64,000 nt of DNA from Cyanobacteriota bacterium (GTDB taxonomy: Bacteria > Cyanobacteriota > Cyanobacteriia > Cyanobacteriales > Nostocaceae): NCBI GenBank assembly GCA_046045965.1, contig JBJOKS010000001.1:96001-160000 (forward strand). The letters run 5' to 3'. Shown here piece after piece: positions 9,678-19,503 of the stretch. The position numbers were made by a program, and so were the translations under genes. The first letter of the stretch is position 1. Each line of letters begins with the position of its first letter. The notes under the pieces are model-generated. The model was not told the origin of the DNA, did no database searches, and was given only the letters and a program-made list of their open reading frames with translations.

Positions 9678-10595
9678 TTGGTTGAACAAAAACTTATGAA
9701 TCTGAAAAAACGAATTCCAAAAATAGTGAGTAGTGCAGGATTAGTAAGTACAATTTTCTTGATGATGCCAAAAATTGTAGTTGCACTACCCGGTAGTGAA
9801 GTCAGCAAAATTGCTGAACAGATTACGGTTCTTATTGATGGACAGAACCCTGGTTCTGGAGTAATTATTGGCAGAAAAGAAAAGTCTTATTACGTACTCA
9901 CTGCTAAACACGTGGTAGAAACACAGGATGAATACACAGTGCAAACATCAGATGGAAGCCGATATCAATTAAACTACAGCACTGTCAAAAAATTACCTAA
10001 TGTAGATTTAGCTGTTCTCCAATTTACAAGTAATAAAAATTATAACGTTGCCAAATTAGCTGATTCCGACCAAGTGGGTGTAGGTGTAAGTGTTTATATT
10101 GCTGGGTTTCCTAACCCTGGAAGAGAAATCACTCAGCGAATTTATCAGTTCACAAATGGAGAAGTATCAGGAAGACCAAAACCTGCTCTTAGAGATGGAT
10201 ATGCAATTGTTTATACTAATGTGACTAGAGCCGGCATGAGTGGTGGACCAGTATTAGATGCCAATGGTCGTGTCGTCGGTATTCATGGACGTGCTGAAAG
10301 TGAATCAGTTCCTACCAACGAATCAGGAACATCTGTTTCCAAACTTGGCTTTAATTTGGGAATCCCCATTAATACTTTTTTGAACTTAGCAAATAAAGTA
10401 GGAGTGAATCTAGGAGTACAAGCTGAAAAATCGCCCGTTGTTACTCAAACAAAGCCTCCCACTACTGTTTCCAGTCCTGTGTCAGAACCAAGTTCCACTC
10501 CTTCCTTTTCTCCGGGGACAATTCCACGACGACCGACACCCATACGTCCTACAAATCTACCACAAGCACCGGTTTGTGCTGGTAGTAAGTGTTAA
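9678..10595 (+). CDS. Trypsin-like serine protease with Pro/Ser/Thr-rich tail
   Basis: GSGVII, LTAKHV, VDLAV, GMSGGPV. Confidence 0.92.
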   Translation: MVEQKLMNLKKRIPKIVSSAGLVSTIFLMMPKIVVALPGSEVSKIAEQITVLIDGQNPGSGVIIGRKEKSYYVLTAKHVVETQDEYTVQTSDGSRYQLNYSTVKKLPNVDLAVLQFTSNKNYNVAKLADSDQVGVGVSVYIAGFPNPGREITQRIYQFTNGEVSGRPKPALRDGYAIVYTNVTRAGMSGGPVLDANGRVVGIHGRAESESVPTNESGTSVSKLGFNLGIPINTFLNLANKVGVNLGVQAEKSPVVTQTKPPTTVSSPVSEPSSTPSFSPGTIPRRPTPIRPTNLPQAPVCAGSKC

Positions 10596-10640
10596 TGCAA
10601 ATATGGTTTTTGAGTGAAATATACATAATCAAAACGAGGT

Positions 10641-11891
10641 ATGAAAATAATGCTAAAACAAATTTGTCAATCTAGCTTTTTAGCTCTGGCTTTAGTTCCA
10701 TTATTACTTAACTTCAATGCAGAAATCGCTGATGCCGCACCTGCAATTTATGAAGATGAACTCACAACTACCCGCGGGCTAAGATGGGGCGCTCCAGGAT
10801 TACCTTATAACGAAGCTGCTGATATTAAAGACAGTCTGGTAGATACAGTATTAGGAAAAGTTGTACCAGATCGTCATGGTATTGGTGCTAGTAGTTTAGG
10901 ACTTTTTGGTCCATTTCAAGGTCCACAATATGGCAGATTGGTATTTGTTTCCTTGTGGGGGAGTAAGATTGAAGGATGTTTTGTAGAAATGATTATTCAA
11001 TATTCTCCTAGTGATGGCCAAGCTAATGCCAATGAGATAGTTCCTAAATTGTTAGAAGTGGGAATTGGTTCACAGGCGATCGCATTACCTCCACAAGCAA
11101 ATACACAAAAAAGTTTCAGCCAAGGTTATTCTTACGAGATTGAAAGAGAGAAAAGGAAATATATCGTCAATAGCACTTGGTACATGACGCGTAATACATT
11201 TGCGCTCGATTCTAATATTGCGAGCATTCTCAGCAATGCACCAGTAAAACAGACTCGCGCTCGTCTAACCCTTGCTAATGGTGAGACGATGATTATCCCT
11301 ATAGGAGAAGGGACAGTCAAAAAGTGGAAGGAAGCATATAGTTTTAATCCCTATTGTACTAATTTAAATCAACCCCAACCTCAACAGCCGTCCACAACTC
11401 CACCGGTAAGTACACCATCAAAATTACCCTCTAAACCAGCTGCAAAACCGTCGCAGAGGTCTTCTAATCCTCAAAAAATGGCTGGTGGAAAAAAACCACC
11501 TGCTACTCAGTCACCTGCTCCTACACAACGCACAGTGGGAAATGTGGCTTTAGCAGCGACACAAACTTTAGATAATGTGTTGATTCAACTAGATGGAGCG
11601 AATGTAGATTCTTTAGGTAACTTCACTGCTAATTTGATTATTGAAAATCGCAGTCCTTATTTATTTGGCTTTGTGCCAGTATTTGCTAGAGTATATGATG
11701 CTAATGGACAAAGGGTATCTGCACGGATTTCTTTTAATCCTGGAGAAGATGCAACTATCGCACCTGGAGTTATACAAAAAGGCAAATTATCGATATTTGG
11801 ACAAAAGTGGCAAGAAACTGGCTCTCAAAATTTAATTTTGGAAATTCGGGAAAATTCAACTAGGGGTAGACTTTTTCGAGTTCCATTTTAA
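10641..11891 (+). CDS. Hypothetical exported two-domain protein with a Pro-rich linker
   Basis: 416-aa ORF with signal peptide, co-oriented with the protease cluster. Confidence 0.7.
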   Translation: MKIMLKQICQSSFLALALVPLLLNFNAEIADAAPAIYEDELTTTRGLRWGAPGLPYNEAADIKDSLVDTVLGKVVPDRHGIGASSLGLFGPFQGPQYGRLVFVSLWGSKIEGCFVEMIIQYSPSDGQANANEIVPKLLEVGIGSQAIALPPQANTQKSFSQGYSYEIEREKRKYIVNSTWYMTRNTFALDSNIASILSNAPVKQTRARLTLANGETMIIPIGEGTVKKWKEAYSFNPYCTNLNQPQPQQPSTTPPVSTPSKLPSKPAAKPSQRSSNPQKMAGGKKPPATQSPAPTQRTVGNVALAATQTLDNVLIQLDGANVDSLGNFTANLIIENRSPYLFGFVPVFARVYDANGQRVSARISFNPGEDATIAPGVIQKGKLSIFGQKWQETGSQNLILEIRENSTRGRLFRVPF

Positions 11892-12162
11892 AACTAAGTA
11901 GAGGCAGATATTAGAGCTTGTTGAGAATTTTCATCTTAATTCTTAATTTAAAAGCAAGGTTTTTGGTATCTAAAAAACAACTAGAATAAAAGTCAAAGGC
12001 GAGTTGATTTTCATAATCAGCTTCAAGACCAAAGGTAAAGTCAAGACGTAATCCCAGGTTTTGAGGATTTAAAGAAATACCAACTAAATCAGCACTTTTT
12101 AAATCTTCAAGAAAATATGATATCATAATATCATTGTTAATGGATTGAAAAATTGAAAAGAT

Positions 12163-12381
12163 ATGATAGAACAAGAACTGCTCAACCGTATTTTCATAGA
12201 TCCAAAAGTAATGGTAGGAAAACCTACTATTAAAAGTACAAGATTAACTGTTGAATATATACTTAATCTTCTGGCACACGGTGCAACAGTCGCAGAAATT
12301 ATAGAAGAATATGAAGGTTTAGTAGAAGCTGACATTCGAGCTTGTTTAGAATTTGCTGCTGTAGGTGCTGTTGGATGGTAA
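12163..12381 (+). CDS. DUF433-family antitoxin-like protein
   Basis: RIFIDPKVMVGKPTIKSTRLTVEYIL..LAHGAT..EI.EEY..L...DIRACL pattern. Confidence 0.85.
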   Translation: MIEQELLNRIFIDPKVMVGKPTIKSTRLTVEYILNLLAHGATVAEIIEEYEGLVEADIRACLEFAAVGAVGW

Positions 12382-12424
12382 ATGTTAATATATAAATAGT
12401 CTAGTTAAACCTTAGTTAAACACC

Positions 12425-12712
12425 ATGACTAACATCAATCTTAATATACCTGAATCACTGCAAGACTTTATTACAGAACAAATTGCTGAAGGTGGTTATA
12501 ATTTAGTAAGTGAATATTTACAGCAGTTAATTATTCAAGAAGCAAGAAGAAAAAACAAAATAAATACAGCAACCTTTCTGATCACCGAGGAAGAGTTTGA
12601 ATCTACTTTAGATGAATTAGCCGAAAATTTTGCAGCCTGTGTTGGAGAAAATTCACCTATTTTGTCTGATTATGCTGTCAGTCGTGAAAGTATTTATGAA
12701 GATCATTTTTAA
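12425..12712 (+). CDS. Ribbon-helix-helix antitoxin-like protein
   Basis: MTNINLNIPESLQDFI.EQIAEGGY..VSEYLQQLI (ParD-like N-terminus); tail LSDYAVSRESIYEDH. Confidence 0.65.
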   Translation: MTNINLNIPESLQDFITEQIAEGGYNLVSEYLQQLIIQEARRKNKINTATFLITEEEFESTLDELAENFAACVGENSPILSDYAVSRESIYEDHF

Positions 12713-12723
12713 AGATTAATAAC

Positions 12724-12978
12724 ATGGAATATTTAGTAGATACTGATAATAATAGTAGTAATATATTTGAAATTAGCTGTATAAAAGTTGGTTCTAAACA
12801 ACCTAAAATTAAATCAGATAAAAATAATTCTAGTAATTCTCAATTAAAGCAGCGTAATAAGAATAAAATTCAGATAGAAAAAGTGGATAAATTACGGTAT
12901 TTTGGTTTAAGTGATGAGCAAATTGCAGAGGCGCTAGATTTACCTTTGGAGGTTGTCAAGCAGGTAGACTCGGAATAA
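12724..12978 (+). pseudogene. Chimeric remnant: PIN-toxin-like start fused to an Rpn-like C-terminal helix-turn-helix
   Basis: Starts MEYLVDT; low-complexity middle; ends GLSDEQIAEALDLPLEVVKQ. Confidence 0.5.
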
Positions 12979-13073
12979 TCAAGCTTTTAATTTTTACGGT
13001 AATTTTATCTTTTGCATTTTTCTACTTTACACAATCAATGTTATAATAACACTAATTGTTAAGTATCTTGTTT

Positions 13074-13358
13074 ATGAGCCAAATTCTAACTCTAGAACTG
13101 AGTGATAAAATAGCGATCGCTATTCAGCAACAAGCTAATAATGTCGGTATTTCTCCAGAAAGTTTAGCAACAGCATTGCTAGAACAACATTTTAGTCAAC
13201 TTTTGGTAGTACCTACAGATGCACAAAAAGAATTAGCACGGGCAAAATTTGAGCATCATTTTGGCACACTCAATATTAATGATAGTCACAATATTGATAA
13301 TGAAAGCATTGATGCAGATTTAGCTAAAGAATATGCTAATAACCACGAGGAGGATTAA
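13074..13358 (+). CDS. Putative antitoxin of the downstream PIN toxin
   Basis: RHH-like start MSQILTLELSD; acidic tail DNESIDADLAKEY; stop overlaps the toxin ATG (TAATG). Confidence 0.7.
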   Translation: MSQILTLELSDKIAIAIQQQANNVGISPESLATALLEQHFSQLLVVPTDAQKELARAKFEHHFGTLNINDSHNIDNESIDADLAKEYANNHEED

Positions 13359-13759
13359 TGCTCATTGATACCTCCGGGTTACTTTGTTTACATTATCCAA
13401 CTGAGCCACTTCATAGTCTAGCTTGTACTGCATACAAAAAGGCTACAGTTAGACTAACTCACAGTTACATCATTGCTGAATATGTTGCTTTAGCAAATGC
13501 CAGACGCTTTCCTCGCTCATCTATACTTGCTTTTGTTATTGACTTATTGGATAACCCAGATATTGAAACGGTTTGGATTAATGAATCATTGTATAGAAAA
13601 GCAATTGATCTATTGATGATAAGGCAAGATAAAAGTTACTCTTTATGCGACTCTATCAGCTTTGTACTGATGCGTGAACGAGGTATTAATGAAGCTTTGA
13701 CAACAGATAAACACTTTGAGCAAGAAGCTTTTATTCGCTTACTGCATCCTGAATCATAA
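13358..13759 (+). CDS. PIN-domain (VapC-like) toxin
   Basis: LIDTS...AEY...YSLCDSISF..M...GI.EALTTDKHF. Confidence 0.88.
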   Translation: MLIDTSGLLCLHYPTEPLHSLACTAYKKATVRLTHSYIIAEYVALANARRFPRSSILAFVIDLLDNPDIETVWINESLYRKAIDLLMIRQDKSYSLCDSISFVLMRERGINEALTTDKHFEQEAFIRLLHPES

Positions 13760-13792
13760 TAAACATATTCATTATTTTAACATATCATAATA

Positions 13793-14329
13793 TCATCTTT
13801 GCTGAGTCATTGCCATCACATTTGTAACAGTTAATTCTAAAATATTATCCAGGCTAGGGAGTATATCATTATCAGCATAAATAAGTGGTAATTCTTGATT
13901 TTCCCACACCCAAATTTGCTTTCTTTGAATATCAATTAACCAAGCAAGTTTTGTCTCATTACTCAAACAATGCAGGATTTTGTATTGTATATCTAAGGTA
14001 CTTTGATCAGGAGAACGAATTTCAATTAACCAGTCTGGTGAACCTTGTAGGGGTCCATCTTCATTAGAAAGACGCGCACTTTTAACAACTGCAATATCAG
14101 GTACAGGAGACATAGGAGGTACAATACACCGCAATTCTTGAATAGCTTCGTAGGCGGTAGTTTGGCTGTTGATGGCGTTAACAAGGTTACGTTGGAGGCG
14201 GGAATGAAACAGCGTTGGCATGGGTTTTTGCTGGGCTTTTCCCTGGATAAACTCCCAAGCAGGAGAGGCTTCAATATTGGGTTGTTGAAGAAAATTGTCT
14301 AATGGGTTGGTGAGGGTAGTAAATTGCAT
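13793..14329 (-). CDS. Uma2-family (DUF820) endonuclease
   Basis: PVPDIAV...PDWLIEIRSPDQ...WLID. Confidence 0.88.
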   Translation of the reverse strand: MQFTTLTNPLDNFLQQPNIEASPAWEFIQGKAQQKPMPTLFHSRLQRNLVNAINSQTTAYEAIQELRCIVPPMSPVPDIAVVKSARLSNEDGPLQGSPDWLIEIRSPDQSTLDIQYKILHCLSNETKLAWLIDIQRKQIWVWENQELPLIYADNDILPSLDNILELTVTNVMAMTQQR

Positions 14330-14652
14330 AGTTGCTGTTATTTATTATTCACATTTTTGGGTATTTCAGTAAATTCAATCTTTCCTTTTCAATAAATTTA
14401 AAATGGAATATTCTCATCCTGTAAATCCTTTAATCCTGGACATCCTGATTCAGACAAAAATTATAACACAAGATAACTCAATAACATCCATCTCCCTATA
14501 TTTCTATTTTGTATTCCCCCATACAGAAAACGAAATCCTAAAACAAAATAAAGAAATCGGTTTTTCGACTACCAAAACTCTACACTAATAATAGTAACAG
14601 CAAATACATAAAACCTATTTTTCCTGTCATTAGCACAACTTTTTTCGACAAA

Positions 14653-14850
14653 TGAGTACAACTTAATATATCTCAAAATATCTTGCTTAAATCGCTGCAA
14701 AGTCTCACATACCAATAGATTATCTTGAGTACAAAAAAGCTCAAACCCTACCCTAAAAATACCCGTACCCCGATCATAAAACACTAGAACCCCTAACCCC
14801 ACAGAAAATGTAAACTTCTGTTAAATAGGGGTTTAAACCTATTGAGTACA
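14653..14850 (+). promoter_or_regulatory. Three TGAGTACA motifs upstream of nifP (putative CnfR-dependent nif promoter elements)
   Basis: Exact TGAGTACA at 14653-14660, 14726-14733 and 14843-14850. Confidence 0.7.
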
Positions 14851-14884
14851 ATCTTAATAAATTCAATATATCTAATCGGTATCT

Positions 14885-15688
14885 GTGGTTTTGTCTGCTT
14901 TCAAGTCACCTGATATAAGCAGAAAAACACAACATGGCTCTTTTAACCAGACAGTACCGATGCAACAGTCTCTAGACAGTATTAAAACCCAAACTGCAAA
15001 TACAGACTCGCAGAAAAATCAACGTTCTGGCGGTTTTTTTGAGCCATTAATGAGTGATTTTCGCATCATATTTGAGCGTGATCCAGCCGCACGTAATTGG
15101 TTGGAGGTTATATTTTGTTATCCTGGTTTTCATGCTCTTTGTTTACATCGTCTCGCACACTGGTTACACATTCGTAAAGTGGGTTTTATTCCCCGTTTAA
15201 TTTCTCATTTGGGACGATTTTTTACAGGTATTGAAATTCACCCAGGTGCAAAAATTGGTAAAGGTGTATTTATCGATCATGGTATGGGAGTTGTCATTGG
15301 TGAAACTGCCATTGTCGGCGATTATACGCTTATTTATCAAGGTGTAACTCTCGGTGGAACTGGGAAAGAAAGCGGTAAACGTCATCCTACTTTGGGTAAT
15401 AACGTTGTTGTGGGTGCGGGTGCGAAAGTGTTGGGAAATATTCAAATTAGCGATCGCGTGCGGATCGGTGCAGGTTCAATTGTCTTGCGTGATGTTCCTC
15501 CAGATTCTACCGTGGTTGGTATTCCTGGCCGCATTATTTCCCAAAAACAGAAAAAACGCATTTCTCCTTTAGAACATGGAAAACTACCCGATGTGGAAGC
15601 TGGTATAATTCGTTCTTTACTTTCCCGAATTGAAGAACTTGAAAAACAAGTTCAAACTCTCAAAAATCATCACCAAAATGATGAATGA
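14885..15688 (+). CDS. nifP: Serine O-acetyltransferase (NifP/CysE)
   Basis: [36 protein letters not shown]; upstream of nifVZT. Confidence 0.9.
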   Translation: MVLSAFKSPDISRKTQHGSFNQTVPMQQSLDSIKTQTANTDSQKNQRSGGFFEPLMSDFRIIFERDPAARNWLEVIFCYPGFHALCLHRLAHWLHIRKVGFIPRLISHLGRFFTGIEIHPGAKIGKGVFIDHGMGVVIGETAIVGDYTLIYQGVTLGGTGKESGKRHPTLGNNVVVGAGAKVLGNIQISDRVRIGAGSIVLRDVPPDSTVVGIPGRIISQKQKKRISPLEHGKLPDVEAGIIRSLLSRIEELEKQVQTLKNHHQNDE

Positions 15689-15703
15689 TTCAATCTGTAA
15701 ACT

Positions 15704-15985
15704 TTGCCTATCAACGTGCAGTTATTTATGTCACTTGATGATAACTTTTTCGCTTTAGGTGAACAATTTTTGGAAGTTCCTTTGAGCGATCGCTCAGAAA
15801 TTTTTCACCGCTTGCAAGAGTTAATGATTATCTGTACTTATGAACCGGATGGTTCTTTAAGAGTGCAAGTCAATAGCTTCAAAGAAGCAGTTCTTATTCA
15901 AAGTACAGTCATGCAATTTTTAGGTTCTCGTGAGGAATTAGTAGAATGGCTAGAAACTTGTTGGTATTGCGGTCATAATCACTAA
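15704..15985 (+). CDS. Small nif-associated protein (Asr1405-like)
   Basis: DR.EIFHRLQELMI.C......L.VQV...LVEWLETCW pattern; position after nifP. Confidence 0.65.
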   Translation: MPINVQLFMSLDDNFFALGEQFLEVPLSDRSEIFHRLQELMIICTYEPDGSLRVQVNSFKEAVLIQSTVMQFLGSREELVEWLETCWYCGHNH

Positions 15986-16279
15986 TTTCCCAAATGGATG
16001 TGAGTGATACAATTCAAGACTTATCTCAGGTTTAATCACCACAATATCAGAAGTAAGTTCATGATGCAACAATGATTTATCTTCTGTAATAGTCAAAGTT
16101 ATTGTTCACTCACAATTTAGCTTGCAAAATCACTAAAATTAACCTAAGCTTAGGTTTCGCTCACTTTGCTCAATCTGCTAAATCTCAATTTTCTCTGACA
16201 TATTTCATGCTTTAAAAGAGTCTAATTAGCAGGTAAATATGGCGTATTTTGTTTATTGTGATATTTTCAACTTCAAATT

Positions 16280-16477
16280 ATGGTACATCGGAACAGCGAA
16301 AAGAAATTATTGCATTTTTTGCATAGTGAACTGGAACTTTCCAAAGCGGATATTGCTGTTGCTTTGCGACATCGTGAATTTGATAAAGGACCCATTCCCA
16401 TGCTGCTTTGGCAGTATGGTTTGATAGATTTACAACAGTTAGAAAAGATTTTTGATTGGTTAGCAGAACAGACTTAA
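16280..16477 (+). CDS. DUF2949-family protein
   Basis: FL.SELELS...IAVALRH...GPIPMLLWQYGLI.LQQLEKIFDWL. Confidence 0.8.
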   Translation: MVHRNSEKKLLHFLHSELELSKADIAVALRHREFDKGPIPMLLWQYGLIDLQQLEKIFDWLAEQT

Positions 16478-16575
16478 TCAATTAAAAATTAAAAATTAAA
16501 AATTAAAAATTATCAGGACATTTTACAAGTATTCTGACTCCTGACTCCTGAATTCTTAATTATGAGGTAAAAACT

Positions 16576-16695
16576 ATGATTGCTAGTTTAATTGCTGGAC
16601 TGAGTATTTTATTACTTACAGGATTGACTAATAGCTATATTAGTTACTGGCTATTTATGGAGCGTCCAAATCATGACAGAAAAAAATCTTCATAA
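16576..16695 (+). CDS. 39-aa single-TM small protein (below the ORF-track cutoff)
   Basis: GAGG ribosome-binding site upstream; MIASLIAGLSILLLTGLTNSYISYWLFMERPNHDRKKSS*. Confidence 0.55.
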   Translation: MIASLIAGLSILLLTGLTNSYISYWLFMERPNHDRKKSS

Positions 16696-16897
16696 ATTAT
16701 ACCAAAATTTGGTTTTCTATCATACAGATGTGCTGTGAGTTATTGAGCAATAATTAAATATTAGAAACTGTGTTTAATAACTTGTTCTATTTTTAGCAGT
16801 TATCTAGAAATTTTTAATGTTTTTTTTATATTTATGAGAGCCAGGAATTGTAGCGTTAAATGGTATTAGTAAAAACTCGGCTAGAGGGATATTTGAG

Positions 16898-18031
16898 ATG
16901 AATCAAATTAGTATTAATGATACTACGTTACGTGATGGTGAACAGGCTGCGGGTGTTGCTTTTAACCTAGAAGAAAAAGTGGCGATCGCCAAATTTTTAG
17001 ATACCATTGGTGTTCCCGAATTAGAAGTTGGTATACCGGCAATGGGAGAAGAAGAAATCCATGCCATTCAAGCAATTGCTGATTTAAATTTAGACGCTAA
17101 ATTATTAGCTTGGAACCGCGCTGTTATCTCAGATATTAAAGCCTCCATAGCTTGTGGACTAGAAAGAGTACATATTGCTATTCCCGTTTCTGGTATCCAA
17201 ATTGCTGCTAAATTTCATGGTCAATGGAGAGTAAGTTTACAAAGACTGAAAGACTGTATCAACTTCGCTGTTGATCATGGTCTTTGGGTCGCAGTAGGAG
17301 GAGAAGATTCTTCTAGAGCAGATGAAAACTTCCTCGAAGATGTTGCATTATACGCTCAAGAATGGGGTGCGTCAAGATTTCGTTTTTGTGATACAGTTGG
17401 AGTTCTTGATCCCTTTGGAACTCACCTAAAAGTTAAGCGATTAGTATCTACTTTATCAATTCCTGTCGAGATTCACACTCATAATGATTTTGGACTAGCA
17501 ACTGCTAACGCTATTGCTGGTATTAAAGCTGGAGCAGTTTCTGTAAATACCACCGTTAATGGTTTAGGTGAAAGAGCAGGAAATGCAGCTTTAGAAGAAG
17601 TTGTCATGGCCATAAAATGTATCTACGGTGTTGATTTAGGAATTGATACTCGACACTTATTAGGACTATCTCAATTAGTTGCTGCTGCTTCCGGTGCAAA
17701 CGTGCCACCTTGGAAAGCAATTGTTGGTAAAAATACCTTTGCTCACGAGTCAGGAATTCATGCTGATGGTGTACTAAAAAACCCCGAAACCTATGAACCA
17801 TTTTCACCAGAAGAAGTAGGTTGGGAACGTAGTTTAGTAATAGGTAAACACTCTGGAAGGCATTTAGTATCTAACTTATTAGCACAGTATGGCATCTTTT
17901 TGAATTCCGAAGAAACTCAATCTATTTTAGATGCAGTACGTCAAGAATCAACACTAAAAAAACGCAGTCTCACCACAGAAGAATTGTTGAATTTAGTAAG
18001 TGAACAGAGGTATTCCCATGCAGCGCGATGA
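16898..18031 (+). CDS. nifV: Homocitrate synthase
   Basis: [32 protein letters not shown]; adjacent to nifZ and nifT. Confidence 0.95.
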   Translation: MNQISINDTTLRDGEQAAGVAFNLEEKVAIAKFLDTIGVPELEVGIPAMGEEEIHAIQAIADLNLDAKLLAWNRAVISDIKASIACGLERVHIAIPVSGIQIAAKFHGQWRVSLQRLKDCINFAVDHGLWVAVGGEDSSRADENFLEDVALYAQEWGASRFRFCDTVGVLDPFGTHLKVKRLVSTLSIPVEIHTHNDFGLATANAIAGIKAGAVSVNTTVNGLGERAGNAALEEVVMAIKCIYGVDLGIDTRHLLGLSQLVAAASGANVPPWKAIVGKNTFAHESGIHADGVLKNPETYEPFSPEEVGWERSLVIGKHSGRHLVSNLLAQYGIFLNSEETQSILDAVRQESTLKKRSLTTEELLNLVSEQRYSHAAR

Positions 18032-18305
18032 AATAGAACTTAACTCTCAACCAGTTTTTGAAATTGGTGAAAAAGTCCGAGTTAAGAAACTCATCAAAAA
18101 CGATGGTACTTTTCCAGGTCGAGAAATTGGAGAAGTTTTAGCAAGAATTGGAGACGTTGGTTACGTATCCAGCATAGGAACTTTTCTACAAGCTTACTAT
18201 ATCTATGCTGTGCATTTTTTAGATACAGGGTACATCATCGGTTGTCGAAAAAGAGAACTAGAATCTGCTGAGGAAACACATGAAAGTAATGCTACGGATG
18301 AATGA
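18018..18305 (+). CDS. nifZ: Nitrogen fixation protein NifZ
   Basis: [13 protein letters not shown]...GDVGYV..IGTFLQ..YIYAVHF....IIGCRKREL. Confidence 0.93.
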   Translation: MQRDEIELNSQPVFEIGEKVRVKKLIKNDGTFPGREIGEVLARIGDVGYVSSIGTFLQAYYIYAVHFLDTGYIIGCRKRELESAEETHESNATDE

Positions 18306-18483
18306 TGCTGGAACTTTGGTTGTCTACGTCGCTAAAAAAGACCTAGAAGAAGAAGTTGTTAAACAAACAGATAGTGATGCAGGTAAAGTTCTCACTTTAG
18401 CTAATGGTTGGGAATTAGAATTTAGTGAAATCCCAGCTAAGGAAAGTTTACCGCTAACTGTGGAAGCTAAACGCCTAGCTTAA
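18280..18483 (+). CDS. nifT: NifT/FixU protein
   Basis: MKVMLR...YVAKKDLEEEVV...LANGW...LPLTVEA. Confidence 0.93.
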   Translation: MKVMLRMNDAGTLVVYVAKKDLEEEVVKQTDSDAGKVLTLANGWELEFSEIPAKESLPLTVEAKRLA

Positions 18484-18722
18484 AATTATCTAAGCATTCA
18501 GCATTCAGCGGTCAGTCATCAGCTAATGTCTAAAGGCTGTATATGACCTAATCCCGCATGGCTTTACAGCTTTCAAGGCTTAAATACAAAGAGTTAGAAA
18601 TAATGAATAACTTGTAATTTTCTGGAAATTCATACTTCTGAATTTTTGCCATTCCTGTTCTTAGCTGACTGCTGATGGCTGAATGCTGACATTATTTTCT
18701 ATGGGAAATTTGGGTTATCAAT

Positions 18723-19280
18723 ATGGGTGAAAAGTACCAGACCTTATCGGAATTGAATCTGGAAGGACAGTTTTTAGGTTTTGTTGGTAATAAATCGCAA
18801 AAATCTAAACATTTGCGGTTAGCAATTCCTTCAGGAAATGTGAAAATTAAAATACCTAAAGATTTACGCTGTTCTCTGGTTTCTGCTTTAGTACCTGGTG
18901 AACAAATTCGCGTTGATGCTATTAGTAAGTTAAACCCACGGACAAGTAAACTGAAACTCATAGCTTATGGAGTTCAAGCAGTTGGTTTTTGTCCGCTTCA
19001 TCATCAACTACCGGAAACTACAGCCAAGATTATGGTCTGTCAAAAATCTGGTTGTATGAAACGGGGTGGCAAAGGTTTATTATTAGAGTTAGAAAAAACT
19101 TTGTGCGATCGCGGTTTGTTAGATCAGGTAAAAATTGAACACACCGACTGTCAAAAACGTTGTAGCAGCGCCCCCAATTGTGTTTTGATGTTGGGTAAAA
19201 AGCAATACAAAAAAGTTCATCCAGAAGCGATCGCTTCTTTGTTAGAGAATCATTTATCAGGATATTTTAAAACTGAATAA
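18723..19280 (+). CDS. Protein with a thioredoxin-like [2Fe-2S] ferredoxin domain
   Basis: VCQKSGC..RGG...CQKRCSSAPN cysteine pattern. Confidence 0.85.
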   Translation: MGEKYQTLSELNLEGQFLGFVGNKSQKSKHLRLAIPSGNVKIKIPKDLRCSLVSALVPGEQIRVDAISKLNPRTSKLKLIAYGVQAVGFCPLHHQLPETTAKIMVCQKSGCMKRGGKGLLLELEKTLCDRGLLDQVKIEHTDCQKRCSSAPNCVLMLGKKQYKKVHPEAIASLLENHLSGYFKTE

Positions 19281-19343
19281 ATATTGTAACAATGCTCACA
19301 ATTTGTAATTTTAAAGTTGAAAAATATCAGCTTTAAAAGTTTT

Positions 19344-19372
19344 TCCGGAGATATCTAATCAAGGTTTGTACA
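19344..19372 (+). promoter_or_regulatory. Putative DIF1-type heterocyst-specific promoter
   Basis: TCCGGA (19344-19349), 17-nt spacer, TGTACA (19367-19372). Confidence 0.5.
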
Positions 19373-19503
19373 AATGTTATATTAGAGGATATTTTTGAAA
19401 GGGTTTTTGCTATAAAAATTAGCACATTTTAGCATCTCTGTAATCGGTAGGAAATTGATTTTCAGTTGCATTTCACCCCAGCAATAAAAATGAAATCTAC
19501 CTT

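Noticed and set aside
11911..12174. 87-aa minus-strand ORF
   Set aside because: No recognisable motif; it may be a remnant but I cannot support it.
18491..18691. Imperfect inverted repeats after nifT as a mobile element
   Set aside because: The arms are built from common heptamer-type repeats, with no clear target duplication or second copy.
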